From contig CM120646.1 in NCBI GenBank assembly GCA_051362555.1, forward strand, positions 9,424,001 to 9,488,000: a stretch of DNA of 64,000 nucleotides. Reading direction: 5' to 3'. The position numbers were made by a program, and so were the translations under genes. Shown here piece by piece: positions 39,132-52,800 of the stretch. The stretch comes from Lingula anatina (Eukaryota > Animalia > Brachiopoda). The notes under the pieces are model-generated. The model was not told the DNA's origin. It searched no databases and saw only the letters and a program-made list of their open reading frames with translations. Each line of letters begins with the position of its first letter. Positions within the stretch are counted from its first letter, which is position 1.

Positions 39132-41050
39132 TTAATTACATGCTCTCTTTGAATAGCTGTGATCAGGAAGTAGAAGTTTTGGCATAGATATGCATCTTCT
39201 GTAGTCATTACTTTTCAATGCTTTAGATCTGTCATATCTTCTGTAACGGCTAAGGATTCTCCTTCTAGCTCTTAACTTAAATGCAACTGTCTTTTTGTGA
39301 TTTACTCTCATTTTCATCTGTTTTTCATCTTTCTCCAGATATTTAAGGACTGAAGAAGTTGGCACAATACCAACAGAGGCCATCTTACTCGAAGTGGATT
39401 GCTTAAGTCCATTATTCCGTAAGTGAACTCCACTGTGAATCCTGCCTGTGAAGTTCCAGAAAAAGCTGACAACTTAATCATTAGTTTTCTGAAATGTTCG
39501 GTTTAAAGACTCCACTTTTGTGTGTTGGTATTTAGTTTTGTTGATTCAGTTGCCCTTGGGCCCAGTCTGTAACTTAGGCACTGTCTTTGGATGTCCATAT
39601 TTTCAGAGTTGCTAAAGTCTATTTTGCCTTTCTGAGGGAAAATAGTTTCTGAGCCACCTTTACATACATAAGAGTTCTTTAAACAATTTTGACAATCAGC
39701 ACTGTAGCAACTAATTGTAGAGTCAGTGACATAACTCAGTGCTCTTTTAATCAATTCTATGTCCCCTTTATTTGTTTTAAAGCAAGCATCAGTTCAGAAT
39801 AGCAGCCCATTGCTATGCACTGAGCAAAGCGTTTTTGCATTTTGTCTCTTGTGTATTTTGTTTCTCCTGGAAACACTTGACAGGTAAATGGTGCTTTTTC
39901 TATTTGTTTTTTCAGAGCTTTGGTGAAGTGGCATGTGTCTCGAAGACTTTCAACACTGTCACATGCAGAGTGGGCTCGGCTATCACCCTCAGTGGCTAAG
40001 GCACCAACTGTGACTGCTCTCCAGAAATTTCCTCAAGGATCTGCTGCATGGCACGTTTCTGCTCTCCAATGCTGTCGTCTTCTGGTGGATTGGCCATGCA
40101 GACTCCACTGTTCTCTGGACAGGAGACATCTTCCCCTCTACTTCTGAGCAGGTGAGCTGTGAGGCATAACTTGTTATCAGTGTAAACACCAATAATGTCT
40201 TTCTGGCTGGTCACATTTTCTGCTACAGTGTACTGAGTGGCTGGCTGGTATGGTGTTTTGTTCCCTCCACTGAACAGACTATTATTATATCTCCCATCTC
40301 CTTTCACTGCTATGGGCTGTCCTCCATACCTTCTCAGATCTTGAATGCGACGTAGATTTTCACGGCGCTGTTGCATGTCAGCTTTGTTTAGCTCCATTGT
40401 AGCTGCACTGACTTTGTTAGCTTGCTTTTGCATGGATGATGGGCTGGTCGGGGTCACATTGCTTGCCATTAGAATCTGTCTCATTGCTGTGTTAGAGATC
40501 ATATTTTGAGACAGGCCTAATTGCAAGCATGCGTTCACCATTGCTGCTCTCAGGCCACGCTGCTTGCTTTGGACTTCATTGTACAGTTTCTGCTTCCTTC
40601 CCTGTCCTGTACTGACATGTGTCACATTTTAGTCCCATTGACCAAGCCACTCCCCACTTGCTCTCTGCCTCTCTGTCCCAAACCATTGAGCCAGTGCACT
40701 CGGCTGTACGCTCTGACAAGACTTTGTTGACCAGATTGACAATTTTTTCTGCTGAAACCAACTTGTATTCATCATCTGGGGGTTGGTGCTGGCTGCTGGA
40801 CAAACTCTCTGACTTGACCCTCCTATGTCCACGTATGTTGGGTGCATCAGGGTTGCTGCTGAGGGTTGTTGGTGGCCCGACAGTGGGTGGAGAGGAGGCT
40901 GCCTGGTACAACTCTTGGCTGAGTCTCATGTATCTTCTCACAATAGGCTCTGGAGGCTGGTCAGACTTCTATCTTGCATTGGATAGCATGTGTCCCTTCA
41001 CAAATACACTTTTTCTTTGTTTTTTTCCAGCTGCCTTTACGGTACGACAT
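39132..41050 (-). pseudogene. Kolobok/Mutator-like DDE transposase, copy 1 (frameshifts, stops)
   Basis: Across frames: WGVAWSMGLKCDTC, VKGDGRYNN, PYQPATQ, ATEGDSRAH..RDTCH, CYSADCQNC..SYVC, NTQK/ESLNR. Confidence 0.8.
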
Positions 41051-42400
41051 GGTGGTAAGAGAGTGACTACTGAGACATGAGTCGGGGACAGGGCATTTAA
41101 TAAGCATCAGCTGCCCATTGTCTCTCCCAGGTGTGCAGGAAAGCAGGGTACATGACAACAAAAGGTGTGAACAGTCCCTGTAAACAGTGGAAGTCCCTGT
41201 AAACAGCAAACTGCACGGCCCCAGTGCAGGGGGGGGGGTACCCAGCCTAGCAGTGAGTATTGTTATGCAGGGAAGGACAGGAAGCCTGATTTCCTGTATC
41301 CTCACGACACACACAAACAAACATAAACAACAGTTGTGACAATTAACCTTGCACTTGACTTTAAGTAATTTTTAAATATTTTAAAATCTTTTTATTAGTA
41401 ATTTTCCACTTCTCACATTTTATTTCTCAGCAAAGTGCACTTAAACTGGTCACAACCAGTTAAGATGCGTATCTCAGATTTTCACACATGTCCATCATCC
41501 GGTGTCCAAATTTGAAAACAATTGAAACAAATTCAGGCACAGAAATTTGCATTTAACTTTTTATCACTCATGAAATTGTGCTTTCTCACCAGGTGCAATG
41601 TTGGCTAAAGTGGCCCATACAGCAACCACATTTTCAACTTGACAGGGCTCAGTCACCAAGAGACCATTCTCAGTCATATTGGGTCGGAGCAGTTGGCAGT
41701 GTATTAAGGTTTTAATTTTTGGTGTCAGAAGGTAAGAACAGCGGGTGGTGGTTTCTGTGAAGGGCAGAAACCACTAAATCAACCAATCACCAACTGTTAT
41801 AGACACATGTAGTTCAGTGGGAGAAAATTAGTGCTTTTTTTTCTTTTTTCCTGACATTTCTTGTGTGTTGCTAGGGTTAATTTTGGTATCAACTAGCAGG
41901 CTAGGGATTAAATTACTGCCAGTTTTTTTTTTTTTTTTCAGGACCAGGCACAGGTACGGTGCAGTGCAGTTGTGAGACCTCTGGCGGAGGGGTTACTGAC
42001 TGTGAGTGGTGCAGTGGTTTGTGTACAAACAGAGGGGTGCACATGTTCAAGTGATGCCGGTAAGAAAGTTGAGTTGATGACAGTTTATTTTTTTGCCATT
42101 GGGAGTTATGTCAGTGTGTCTGCTGGGGATGGGAAATGTTTCACCCAGTGATTTTGTTCATGCAGTTTAGCAGGCATTTCTTAGTATGGTCGTCAATAGG
42201 AAATTATTTGGTGGTTTCTGGGAAAATGACAACTGTTCACTTTTGGCTTAGGGTGCTTTCCCAGAGATTAAGATCTGTCTAAAGATTAAAATTTAGATCG
42301 ACCTAACTCCCTGGGAGTTCACGCTAAATTGCAGTCAGCCAAACGGGCACCATAGTTAATTACCCAATTACAGCTTTTAGTAGGCGGAGCAGACACTTAA

Positions 42401-43340
42401 CTCATTGTCCCCTACTGCCGTCATTTGCCGACAATGTTTTCTTATTTCTATCCCGAGCGTCGTCATTTGACGTCGTAATATTAATAGTACCCATTCCCGA
42501 CTGCCGTCATATGACGGCATCCAATATGGCGGGCCCCTTGCCTAGCGACTTCATATGACGGCATGAGAAAGAAACTTTGATAGGTGAGTTTTAAATAGCT
42601 CGTTTTCTGATTGGTTGTTGCTTTTCTTTTGGCCAATAAAAAGGAGAGTACTATAGAACAAAATGTAAACATTTTAAGGGATGCGGGAAATCTACATATG
42701 GAGGAAATCCGGAGTATTTTTGATGAGAGCTCTGGGTCTGAATTTTCGGGATTTGTTAGTGACAGTGAGTCTGACAGCAATAATTTGAGCTATATTTCTT
42801 TTGAATAACACTTTACAGACATAGTCTGAAAGTGAATTAGGCAGCATTAGTGAAGATTTTAGAAGAAGTCGGTGAAAAAACGATCTGTGGGAGGTGGACA
42901 AGGAGCTTTTCCGTGGTGAACTGCCTGGATTCACACATGAACTGACGGGTCTCAAAGACGAACTAGACTTTTAAAACTGTTCTTTACTGATGAAATACTG
43001 AACAATTTGTCGGAAAATATAAATGCATATGCAACATACAATGACTCTAAGTGGAAAGAAGAACTAAAAGCATGGCTCGGTGTCAGGGTGCATGCAGTAT
43101 TTTTAAGTTGATGCTTATCTTATCACAACTGCATAATATAGATAATAAATGTCATACTTTTTTGTAATCTGATGCTCATCTTTTAATTTTATTTTGTAGA
43201 ATTTTGTCTTTTTTTTTGTACCTGTTGATATAATCTAAACAAGTATTATTATGTATATTTTATATATTTATAAACAGTTGTTGAACTTACATTCATTGTT
43301 CAATTTTTATAGACCAAGTAATTCGGACTTGATCTTCCCT
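42401..43340 (+). mobile_element. Right-truncated copy of the piggyBac derivative at 51057-52240
   Basis: TTAA|CTCATTGTCCCCT left end; joins the nuclease 3' remnant near 43341. Confidence 0.85.
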
Positions 43341-43587
43341 TCAACAATAACAGATTACATTGTCATAATGTGGGCAGGTGCCTCGGACACAGACAGAGGT
43401 CAAATTGTGTACATGATAATTGTTATTATTATTGCTGTTATTATTATTATTAATTTTACATTTACTTAATTTATAGATTTCTCAATTATATTTCTAAGTT
43501 TTAAGACTAGAAGAAAGACCAACAAACTTTTTTATATTTCACAACCAGTTTATTACAGAGTAGTATCTTGAAATCATACATTTTCTT

Positions 43588-45506
43588 TTAATTACATGCT
43601 CTCTTTGAATAGCTGTGATCAGGAAGTAGAAGTTTTGGCATAGATATGCATCTTCTGTAGTCATTACTTTTCAATGCTTTAGATCTGTCATATCTTCTGT
43701 AACGGCTAAGGATTCTCCTTCTAGCTCTTAACTTAAATGCAACTGTCTTTTTGTGATTTACTCTCATTTTCATCTGTTTTTCATCTTTCTCCAGATATTT
43801 AAGGACTGAAGAAGTTGGCACAATACCAACAGAGGCCATCTTACTCGAAGTGGATTGCTTAAGTCCATTATTCCGTAAGTGAACTCCACTGTGAATCCTG
43901 CCTGTGAAGTTCCAGAAAAAGCTGACAACTTAATCATTAGTTTTCTGAAATGTTCGGTTTAAAGACTCCACTTTTGTGTGTTGGTATTTAGTTTTGTTGA
44001 TTCAGTTGCCCTTGGGCCCAGTCTGTAACTTAGGCACTGTCTTTGGATGTCCATATTTTCAGAGTTGCTAAAGTCTATTTTGCCTTTCTGAGGGAAAATA
44101 GTTTCTGAGCCACCTTTACATACATAAGGGTTCTTTAAACAATTTTGACAATCAGCACTGTAGCAACTAATTATAGAGTCAGTGACATAACTCAGTGCTC
44201 TTTTAATCAATTCTATGTCCCCTTTATTTGTTTTAAAGCAAGCATCAGTTCAGAATAGCAGCCCATTGCTATGCACTGAGCAAAGCGTTTTTGCATTTTG
44301 TCTCTTGTGTATTTTGTTTCTCCTGGAAACACTTGACAGGTAAATGGTGCTTTTTCTATTTGTTTTTTCAGAGCTTTGGTGAAGTGGCATGTGTCTCGAA
44401 GACTTTCAACACTGTCACATGCAGAGTGGGCTCGGCTATCACCCTCAGTGGCTAAGGCACCAACTGTGACTGCTCTCCAGAAATTTCCTCAAGGATCTGC
44501 TGCATGGCACGTTTCTGCTCTCCAATGCTGTCGTCTTCTGGTGGATTGGCCATGCAGACTCCACTGTTCTCTGGACAGGAGACATCTTCCCCTCTACTTC
44601 TGAGCAGGTGAGCTGTGAGGCATAACTTGTTATCAGTGTAAACACCAATAATGTCTTTCTGGCTGGTCACATTTTCTGCTACAGTGTACTGAGTGGCTGG
44701 CTGGTATGGTGTTTTGTTCCCTCCACTGAACAGACTATTATTATATCTCCCATCTCCTTTCACTGCTATGGGCTGTCCTCCATACCTTCTCAGATCTTGA
44801 ATGCGACGTAGATTTTCACGGCGCTGTTGCATGTCAGCTTTGTTTAGCTCCATTGTAGCTGCACTGACTTTGTTAGCTTGCTTTTGCATGGATGATGGGC
44901 TGGTCGGGGTCACATTGCTTGCCATTAGAATCTGTCTCATTGCTGTGTTAGAGATCATATTTTGAGACAGGCCTAATTGCAAGCATGCGTTCACCGTTGC
45001 TGCTCTCAGGCCACGCTGCTTGCTTTGGACTTCATTGTACAGTTTCTGCTTCCTTCCCTGTCCTGTACTGACATGTGTCACATTTTAGTCCCATTGACCA
45101 AGCCACTCCCCACTTGCTCTCTGCCTCTCTGTCCCAAACCATTGAGCCAGTGCACTCGGCTGTACGCTCTGACAAGACTTTGTTGACCAGATTGACAATT
45201 TTTTCTGCTGAAACCAACTTGTATTCATCATCTGGGGGTTGGTGCTGGCTGCTGGACAAACTCTCTGACTTGACCCTCCTATGTCCACGTATGTTGGGTG
45301 CATCAGGGTTGCTGCTGAGGGTTGTTGGTGGCCCGACAGTGGGTGGAGAGGAGGCTGCCTGGTACAACTCTTGGCTGAGTCTCATGTATCTTCTCACAAT
45401 AGGCTCTGGAGGCTGGTCAGACTTCTATCTTGCATTGGATAGCATGTGTCCCTTCACAAATACACTTTTTCTTTGTTTTTTTCCAGCTGCCTTTACGGTA
45501 CGACAT
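43588..45506 (-). pseudogene. DDE transposase, copy 2
   Basis: Near-identical to copy 1, offset 4456. Confidence 0.8.
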
Positions 45507-46431
45507 GGTGGTAAGAGAGTGACTACTGAGACATGAGTCGGGGACAGGGCATTTAATAAGCATCAGCTGCCCATTGTCTCTCCCAGGTGTGCAGGAAAGC
45601 AGGGTACATGACAACAAAAGGTGTGAACAGTCCCTGTAAACAGTGGAAGTCCCTGTAAACAGCAAACTGCACGGCCCCAGTGCAGGGGGGGGGGGGGGGT
45701 ACCCAGCCTAGCAGTGAGTATTGTTATGCAGGGAAGGACAGGAAGCCTGATTTCCTGTATCCTCACGACACACACAAATAAACATAAACAACAGTTGTGA
45801 CAATTAACCTTGCACTTGACTTTAAGTAATTTTTAAATATTTTAAAATCTTTTTATTAGTAATTTTCCACTTCTCACATTTTATTTCTCAGCAAAGTGCA
45901 CTTAAACTAGTCACAACCAGTTAAGATGCGTATCTCAGATTTTCACACATGTCCATCATCCGGTGTCCAAATTTGAAAACAATTGAAACAAATTCAGGCA
46001 CAGAAATTTGCATTTAACTTTTTATCACTCATGAAATTGTGCTTTCTCACCAGGTGCAATGTTGGCTAAAGTGGCCCATACAGCAACCACATTTTCAACT
46101 TGACAGGGCTCAGTCACCAAGAGACCGTTCTCAGTCATATTGGGCGGAGCAGTTGGCAGTGTATTAAGGTTTTAATTTTTGGTGTCAGAAGGTAAGAACA
46201 GCGGGTGGTGGTTTCTGTGAAGGGCAGAAACCACTAAATCAACCATCACCAACTGTTATAGACGCGTGTAGTTCAGTGGGAGAAAATTAGTGCTTTTTTT
46301 TCTTTTTTTTTCTGACATTTCTTGTGTGTTCCTAGGGTTAATTTTGGTATCAACTAGCAGACTAGGGAGTAAATTACTGCCAGTTTTTTTTTTTTTTTTT
46401 TTTTTTTTTCAGGACCAGGCACAGGTGCGGT

Positions 46432-46762
46432 CACTAGTGGGCTAGATTTGGTCTTAAAGTGCAATTTAAGTTCACAAGTGATCTTACACGATCTTAATCA
46501 TTACAGCAGTAGTCTTAAAATGGACTGAATCTGCTTTTAAGATCAAAAATGATCTAACATCTACTTAAGTGGTCAAGCAGTTTCCTCCCCTCACAATGGG
46601 GGACACCTCCCCTCACAATAGAGGACACCTCTGCTCACAATAGGAGAATGTGTAAGGGAAGACAGCTGTCAGACTAGAAATGGTCTTACTCAAGTTTTAA
46701 GATCATGTAAGACTATTTGTGTTCTTAAATTGCATTTTAAGACCATATCAAGCCCACTAGTG
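46432..46762. mobile_element. CACTA-like MITE related to 8450-10206
   Basis: GGT|CACTAGTGGGCT...AGCCCACTAGTG|GGT; empty site CAGGTGCGGTGCAG at 50601; three internal ~21 bp CCTC..CTCACAAT repeats. Confidence 0.88.
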
Positions 46763-47060
46763 GGTGCAGTGCAGTCGTGAGACCTCTGGCGGAGGGGTTA
46801 CTGACTGTGAGTGATGCAGTGGTTTGTTTACAAACAGAGGGGTGCACATGTTCAAGTGATGCCGGTAAGAAAGTTCAGTTGATGACAGTATATTTTTTTG
46901 CCATTGGGAGTTATGTCAGTGTGTCTGCTGTCCATGGGGATGGGAAATGTTTCACCCAGTGATTTTGTTCATGCAGTTTAGCAGGCATTTCTTAGTGTGG
47001 TCGTCAATGGGAAATTATTTGGTGGTTTCTGGAAAAAGACAACTGTTCACTTTTGGCTTA

Positions 47061-47286
47061 GGGTGCTTTCCCAGAGATTTAGATCGATCTAAATATTAAA
47101 ATTTAGATCGACCTAACTCCCTGGGGGTTCACGCTAAATTGCAGTCAGCCAAACGGGCACCATAGTTAATTACCCAATTACAGCTTTTAGTAGGCGGAAC
47201 AGATGCTTAAGCCGGCCAAGCTGACAGTAATCTAGTGAGACTCCCCACAGGGATAGATCGATCTAAAAATCTATGGAAATGGGGTG
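47061..47286. mobile_element. Harbinger-like MITE just upstream of the nuclease (also 42251-42400 partial, 50907-52320 split by piggyBac, 56408-56633)
   Basis: TTA TSD; empty site GGCTTAGTTTCT near 60254. Confidence 0.85.
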
Positions 47287-47352
47287 TTAGTTTCTATATT
47301 TAGAGCAGCACAGGCTATAAAAGGGTGGTCTTGCATTATTTCAAACACAGAA

Positions 47353-47700
47353 ATGGCTAATCAGCAATTTCTTGTAGAATTGAGTGATAAATTACATGCA
47401 AGATTGCATAACACACAGGAGAGATACTGTTGGCTGTGGACTGGGGGCACCACTTGTTCCAGTGGGGTTCGTTATGGGATGATGAGGGTTATATTTCCTG
47501 GGGCCAGACACTCCGTTACTGTTGGAGTGCACAGGGTGGCATTTATGCTGAAGGAGAGGATTTTAAACATACCGAGAGGGATAGAAGTATCTCAACTGTG
47601 TGGAGTCAATCTGTGCTATAACCCCAATCATCTCACAGCAGAGCCTCACGGAATCAACAATAACAGATTACATTGTCGTTATGTGGGCAGGTGCCTCTGA
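47353..47700 (+). CDS. His-Me finger (His-Cys box, I-PpoI-like) endonuclease, prematurely stopped
   Basis: CWLWTG..YG..VHRVAF..EVSQLC...LCYNPNHL..EP..IN..R..C; TATAAAAG at 47316. Confidence 0.8.
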   Translation: MANQQFLVELSDKLHARLHNTQERYCWLWTGGTTCSSGVRYGMMRVIFPGARHSVTVGVHRVAFMLKERILNIPRGIEVSQLCGVNLCYNPNHLTAEPHGINNNRLHCRYVGRCL

Positions 47701-47897
47701 CACAGACAGAGGTCAAATTGTGTACATGATAATTGTTATTATTATTGCTGTTATAATTATTATTAATTTTACATTTACTTAATTTATAGATTTCTCAATT
47801 ATATTTCTAAGTTTTAAGACTAGAAGGAAGACCAACAAACTTTTTTATATTCCACAACCAGTTTATTACAGAGTAGTATCTTGAAATACATTTTCTT

Positions 47898-49710
47898 TTA
47901 ATTACATGCTCTCTTTGAATAGCTGTGATCTTCTGTGGTCATTACTTTTCAATGCTTTAGATATGTCATATCTTTTGTAACGGCTAAAGATTCTCCTTCT
48001 AGCTCTTAACTTAAATGCAACTGTCTTTTTGTGATTTACTCTCATTTTCATCTGTTTTTCATCTTTCTCCATTATTCCGTAAGTGAACTGCACTGTGAAT
48101 CCTGCCTGTGAAGTTCCAGAAAAAGCTGACAACTTAATCATTAGTTTTCTGAAATGTTTGGTTTAAAGACTCCACTTTTGTGTGTTGGTATTTAGTTTTG
48201 TTGATTCAGTTGCCCTTGGGCCCAGTCTATAACTTAGGCACTGTCTTTGGATGTGCATATCTTCAGAGTTGCTAAGGTCTAGTTTGCCTTTCTGAGGGAA
48301 AATAGTTTCTGAGCCACCTTTACATACATAAGAGTTCTTTAAACAATTTTGACAATCAGCACTGTAGCAACTAATTATAGAGTCAGTGACATAACTCAGT
48401 GCTCTTTTAATCAATTCTATGTCCCCTTTATTTGTTTTAAAGCAAGCATCAATTCAAAATAGCAGCCCATTGCTATGCACTGAGCAAAGCGTTTTTGCAT
48501 TTTGTCTCTTGTGTATTTTGTTTCTCCTGGAAACACTTGACAGGTAAATGGTGCTTTTTCTATTTGTTTTTTCAGAGCTTTGGTGAAGTGGCATGTGTCT
48601 CGAAGACTTTCAACACTGTCACATGCAGAGTGGGCTTGGCTATCACCCTCAGTGGCTAAGGCACCAACTGTGACTGCTCTCCAGAAATTTCCTCAAGGAT
48701 CTGCTGCATGGCACGTTTCTGCTCTCCAATGCTGTCGTCTTCTGGTGGATTGGCCATGCAGACTCCACTGTTCTCTGGACAGGAGACATCTTCCCCTCTA
48801 CTTCTGAGCAGGTGAGCTGTGTGGCATAACTTGTTACCAGTGTAAACACCAATAATGTCTTTCTGGCTGGTCACATTTTCTGCTACAGTGTACTGAGTGG
48901 CTGGCTGGTATGGTGTTTTGTTCCCTCCACTGAACAGACTATTATTATATCTCCCATCTCCTTTCACTGCTATGGGCTGTCCTCCATACCTTCTCAGATC
49001 TTGAATGCGACGTAGATTTTCACGGCGCTGTTGCATGTCAGCTTTGTTTAGCTCCATTATAGCTGCACTGACTTTGTTAGCTTGCTTTTGCATGGATGAT
49101 GGGCTGGTCGGGGTCACATTGCTTGCCATTAGAATCTGTCTCATTGCTGTGTTAGAGATCATATTTTGAGACAGGCCTAATTGCAAGCCTGCGTTCACCG
49201 TTGCTGCTCTCCGGCCACGCTGCTTGCTTTGGACTTCATTGTACAGTTTCTGCTTCCTTCCCTGTCCTGTACTGACATGTGTCACATTTTAGTCCCATTG
49301 ACCAAGCCACTCCCCACTTGCTCTCTGCCTCTCTGTCCCAAACCATTGAGCCAGTGCACTCAGCTGTACGCTCTGACAAGACTTTGTTGACCAGATTGAC
49401 AATTTTTTCTGCTGAAACCAACTTGTATTCATCATCTGGGGGTTGGTGCTGGCTGCTGGACAAACTCTCTGACTTGACCCTCCTATGTCCACGTATGTTG
49501 GGTGCATCAGGGTTGCTGCTGAGGGTTGTTGGTGGCCCGACAGTGGGTGGAGAGGAGGCTGCCTGGTACAACTCTTGGCTGAGTCTCATGTATCTTCTCA
49601 CAATAGGCTCTGGAGGCTGGTCAGACTTCTATCTTGCATTGGATAGCATGTGTCCCTTCACAAATACACTTTCTCTTTGTTTTTTTCCAGCTGCCTTTAC
49701 GGTACGACAT
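47898..49710 (-). pseudogene. DDE transposase, copy 3 (extra 3' deletions)
   Basis: Same motifs; deletions near 47930 and 48070 shared with copy 5. Confidence 0.8.
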
Positions 49711-51056
49711 GGCGGTAAGAGAGTGACTACTGAGACATGAGTCAGGGACAGGGCATTTAATAGCATCAGCTGCCCATTGTCTCTCCCACGTGTGCAAAAA
49801 AGCAGGGTACATGACAACAAAAGGTGTGAACAGTGATCGGAATTAGAAGTCCCTGTAAACAGCAAACTGCATGGCCCCAGTGCAGGGGGGGGGGGGGTAC
49901 CCAGCCTATCAGTGAGTATTGGTATGCAGGGAAGGACAGGAAGCCTGATATCCTGTATCCTCACAACACACACAAACAAATATAAACAACAGTTGTGACA
50001 ATTAACCTTGCACTTGACTTTAAGTAATTTTTAAATATTTTAAAATCTTTTTATTAGTAATTTTCCACTTCTCACATTTTATTTCTCAGCAAAGTGCACT
50101 TAAACTGGTCACAACCAGTTAAGATGCGTATCTCAGATTTTCACACATGTCCATCATCCGGTGTCCAAATTTGAAAACAATTGAAACAAATTCAGGCACA
50201 GAAATTTGCATTTAACTTTTTATCACTCATGAAATTGTGCTTTCTCACCAGGTGCAATGTTGGCTAAAGTGGCCACATTTTCAACTTGACAGCTAGGGCT
50301 CAGTCACCAAGAAACCGTTCTCAGTCATATTTGGCGGAGCAGTTGGCAGTGTATTAAGGTTTTAATTTTTGGTGTCAGAAGGTAAGAACAGCAGGTGGTG
50401 GTTTCTGTGAAGGGCAGAAACCACTAAATCAACCAATCACCAACTGTTATAGACGCGTGTAGTTCAGTGGGAGAAAATTAGTGCTTTTTTTTTTCTTTTT
50501 TTTCCTGACATTTCTTGTGTGTTGCTAGGGTTAATTTTGGTATCAACTAGCAGGCTAGGGAGTAAATTACTGCCATTTTTTTTTTTTTCAGGACCAGGCA
50601 CAGGTGCGGTGCAGTGCAGTCGTGAGACCTTTGGCGGAGGGGTTACTGACTGTGAGTGGTGCAGTGGTTTGTTTACAAACAGAGGGGTGCACATGTTCAA
50701 GAGATGCCGGTAAGAAAATTCAGTTGATGACAGTTTATTTTTTTGCCATTGGGAGTTATGTCAGTGTGTCTGCTGTTCTTGGGGATGGGAAATGTTTCAC
50801 CCAGTGATTTTGTTCATGCAGTTTAGCAGGCATTTCTTAGTGTTGTCGTCAATGGGAAATTATTTGGTGGTTTCTGGGAAAATGACAACTGTTCACTTTT
50901 GGCTTAGGGTGCTTTCCCAGAGATTAAGATCTATCTAAAGATTAAAATTTAGATCGACCTAACTCCCTGGGAGTTCACGCTAAATTGCAGTCAGCCAAAC
51001 GGGCACCATAGTTAATTACCCAATTACAGCTTTTAGTAGGCGGAGCAGACGCTTAA

Positions 51057-52240
51057 CTCATTGTCCCCTACTGCCGTCATTTGCCGACAATGTTTTCTTA
51101 TTTCTATCCCGAGCGTCGTCATTTGACGTCGTAATATTAATAGTACCCATTCCCAACTGCCGTCATATGACGGCATCCAATATGGCGGGCCCCTTGCCTA
51201 GCGACTTCATATGACGGCATGAGAAAGAAACTTTGATAGGTGAGTTTTAAATAGCTCGTTTTCTGATTGGTTGTTGCTTTTCTTTTGGCCAATAAAAAGG
51301 AGAGTACTATAGAACAAAATGTAAACATTTTAAGGGATGCGGGAAATCTACATATGGAGGAAATCCGGAGTATTTTTGATGAGAGCTCTGGGTCTGAATT
51401 TTCGGGATTTGTTAGTGACAGTGAGTCTGACAGCAATAATTTGAGCTATATTTCTTTTGAATAACACTTTACAGACATAGTCTGAAAGTGAATTAGGCAG
51501 CATTAGTGAAGATTTTAGAAGAAGTCGGTGAAAAAACGATCTGTGGGAGGTGGACAAGGAGCTTTTCCGTGGTGAACTGCCTGGATTCACACATGAACTG
51601 ACGGGTCTCAAAGACGAACTAGACTTTTAAAACTGTTCTTTACTGATGAAATACTGAACAATTTGTCGGAAAATATAAATGCATATGCAACATACAATGA
51701 CTCTAAGTGGAAAGAAGAACTAAAAGCATGGCTCGGTGTCAGGGTGCATGCAGTATTTTTAAGTTGATGCTTATCTTATCACAACTGCATAATATAGATA
51801 ATAAATGTCATACTTTTTTGTAATCTGATGCTCATCTTTTAATTTTATTTTGTAGAATTTTGTCTTTTCTTTTTGTACCTGTTGATATAATCTAAACAAG
51901 TATTATTATGTATATTTTATATATTTATAAACAGTTGTTGAACTTACATTCATTGTTCAATTTTTATAGACCAAGTAATTCGGACTTAATCTTCCCCATT
52001 CAATAAATAACAATATTTTGAATATGGCCAGTTATAAAGAATTTCATATTATACCAATTTCATGCCTTAAGAACCCTGAAAATTTGGAACAAACAAAACA
52101 ACAGACCTAGAAAAAGGCCACAATGAATTTCCTCAGGGATATGGGAGAGTGCTGACAGTGGCGCCACCATATGGTGGTGGCCAGATTTGGTATTAATGGC
52201 TGTAGGGGATCGTGCAGCAGTCACTGCAGGGGACAATGAG
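51057..52240 (+). mobile_element. Internally deleted piggyBac element
   Basis: TTAA|CTCATTGTCCCCT...AGGGGACAATGAG|TTAA; acidic N-terminus ESSGSEFSGF and LFFTDEILNNL..NAYA..EELKAWLG transposase remnant; empty site GCTTAAGCC near 47205. Confidence 0.92.
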
Positions 52241-52386
52241 TTAAGCCGGCCAAGCTGACAGTAATCTAGTGAGACTCCCCACAGGGATAGATCGATCTAA
52301 AAATCTATGGAAACGGGGTGTTAGTTTCTATATTTAGAGCAGCACAGGCTATAAAAGGGTGGTCTTGCATTATTTCAAACACAGAA

Positions 52387-52800
52387 ATGGCTAATCAGCA
52401 ATTTCTTGTAGAATTGAGTGATAAATTACATGCAAGATTGCATAACACACAGGAGAGATACTGTTGGCTGTGGACTGGGGGCACCAGTTGTTCCAGTGGG
52501 GTTCGTTATGGGATGATGAGGGTTACATTTCCTAGGGCCAGACACTCCGTTACTGTTGGAGTGCACAGGGTGGCATTTATGCTGAAGGAGAGGATTTTAA
52601 ACATACCGAGAGGGATAGAAGTATCTCAACTGTGTGGAGTCACTCTGTGCTGTAACCTCGATCATCTCACAGCAGAACCTCACGGAATCAACAATAACAG
52701 ATTACATTGTCATAATGTGGGCAGGTGCCTCGGACACAGACAGAGGTCAAATTGTGTACATGATAATTGTTATTATTATTGCTGTTATTATTATTATTAA
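52387..52800 (+). CDS. His-Me finger endonuclease, longest copy (retains C-terminal CLGH...C)
   Basis: Same motifs, reading through CHNVGRCLGHRQRSNC. Confidence 0.8.
   Translation: MANQQFLVELSDKLHARLHNTQERYCWLWTGGTSCSSGVRYGMMRVTFPRARHSVTVGVHRVAFMLKERILNIPRGIEVSQLCGVTLCCNLDHLTAEPHGINNNRLHCHNVGRCLGHRQRSNCVHDNCYYYCCYYYY

Noticed and set aside
40619-41080. 153 aa plus-strand ORF present in all array units
   Set aside because: Antisense to the transposase; conservation reflects recent duplication; no motif
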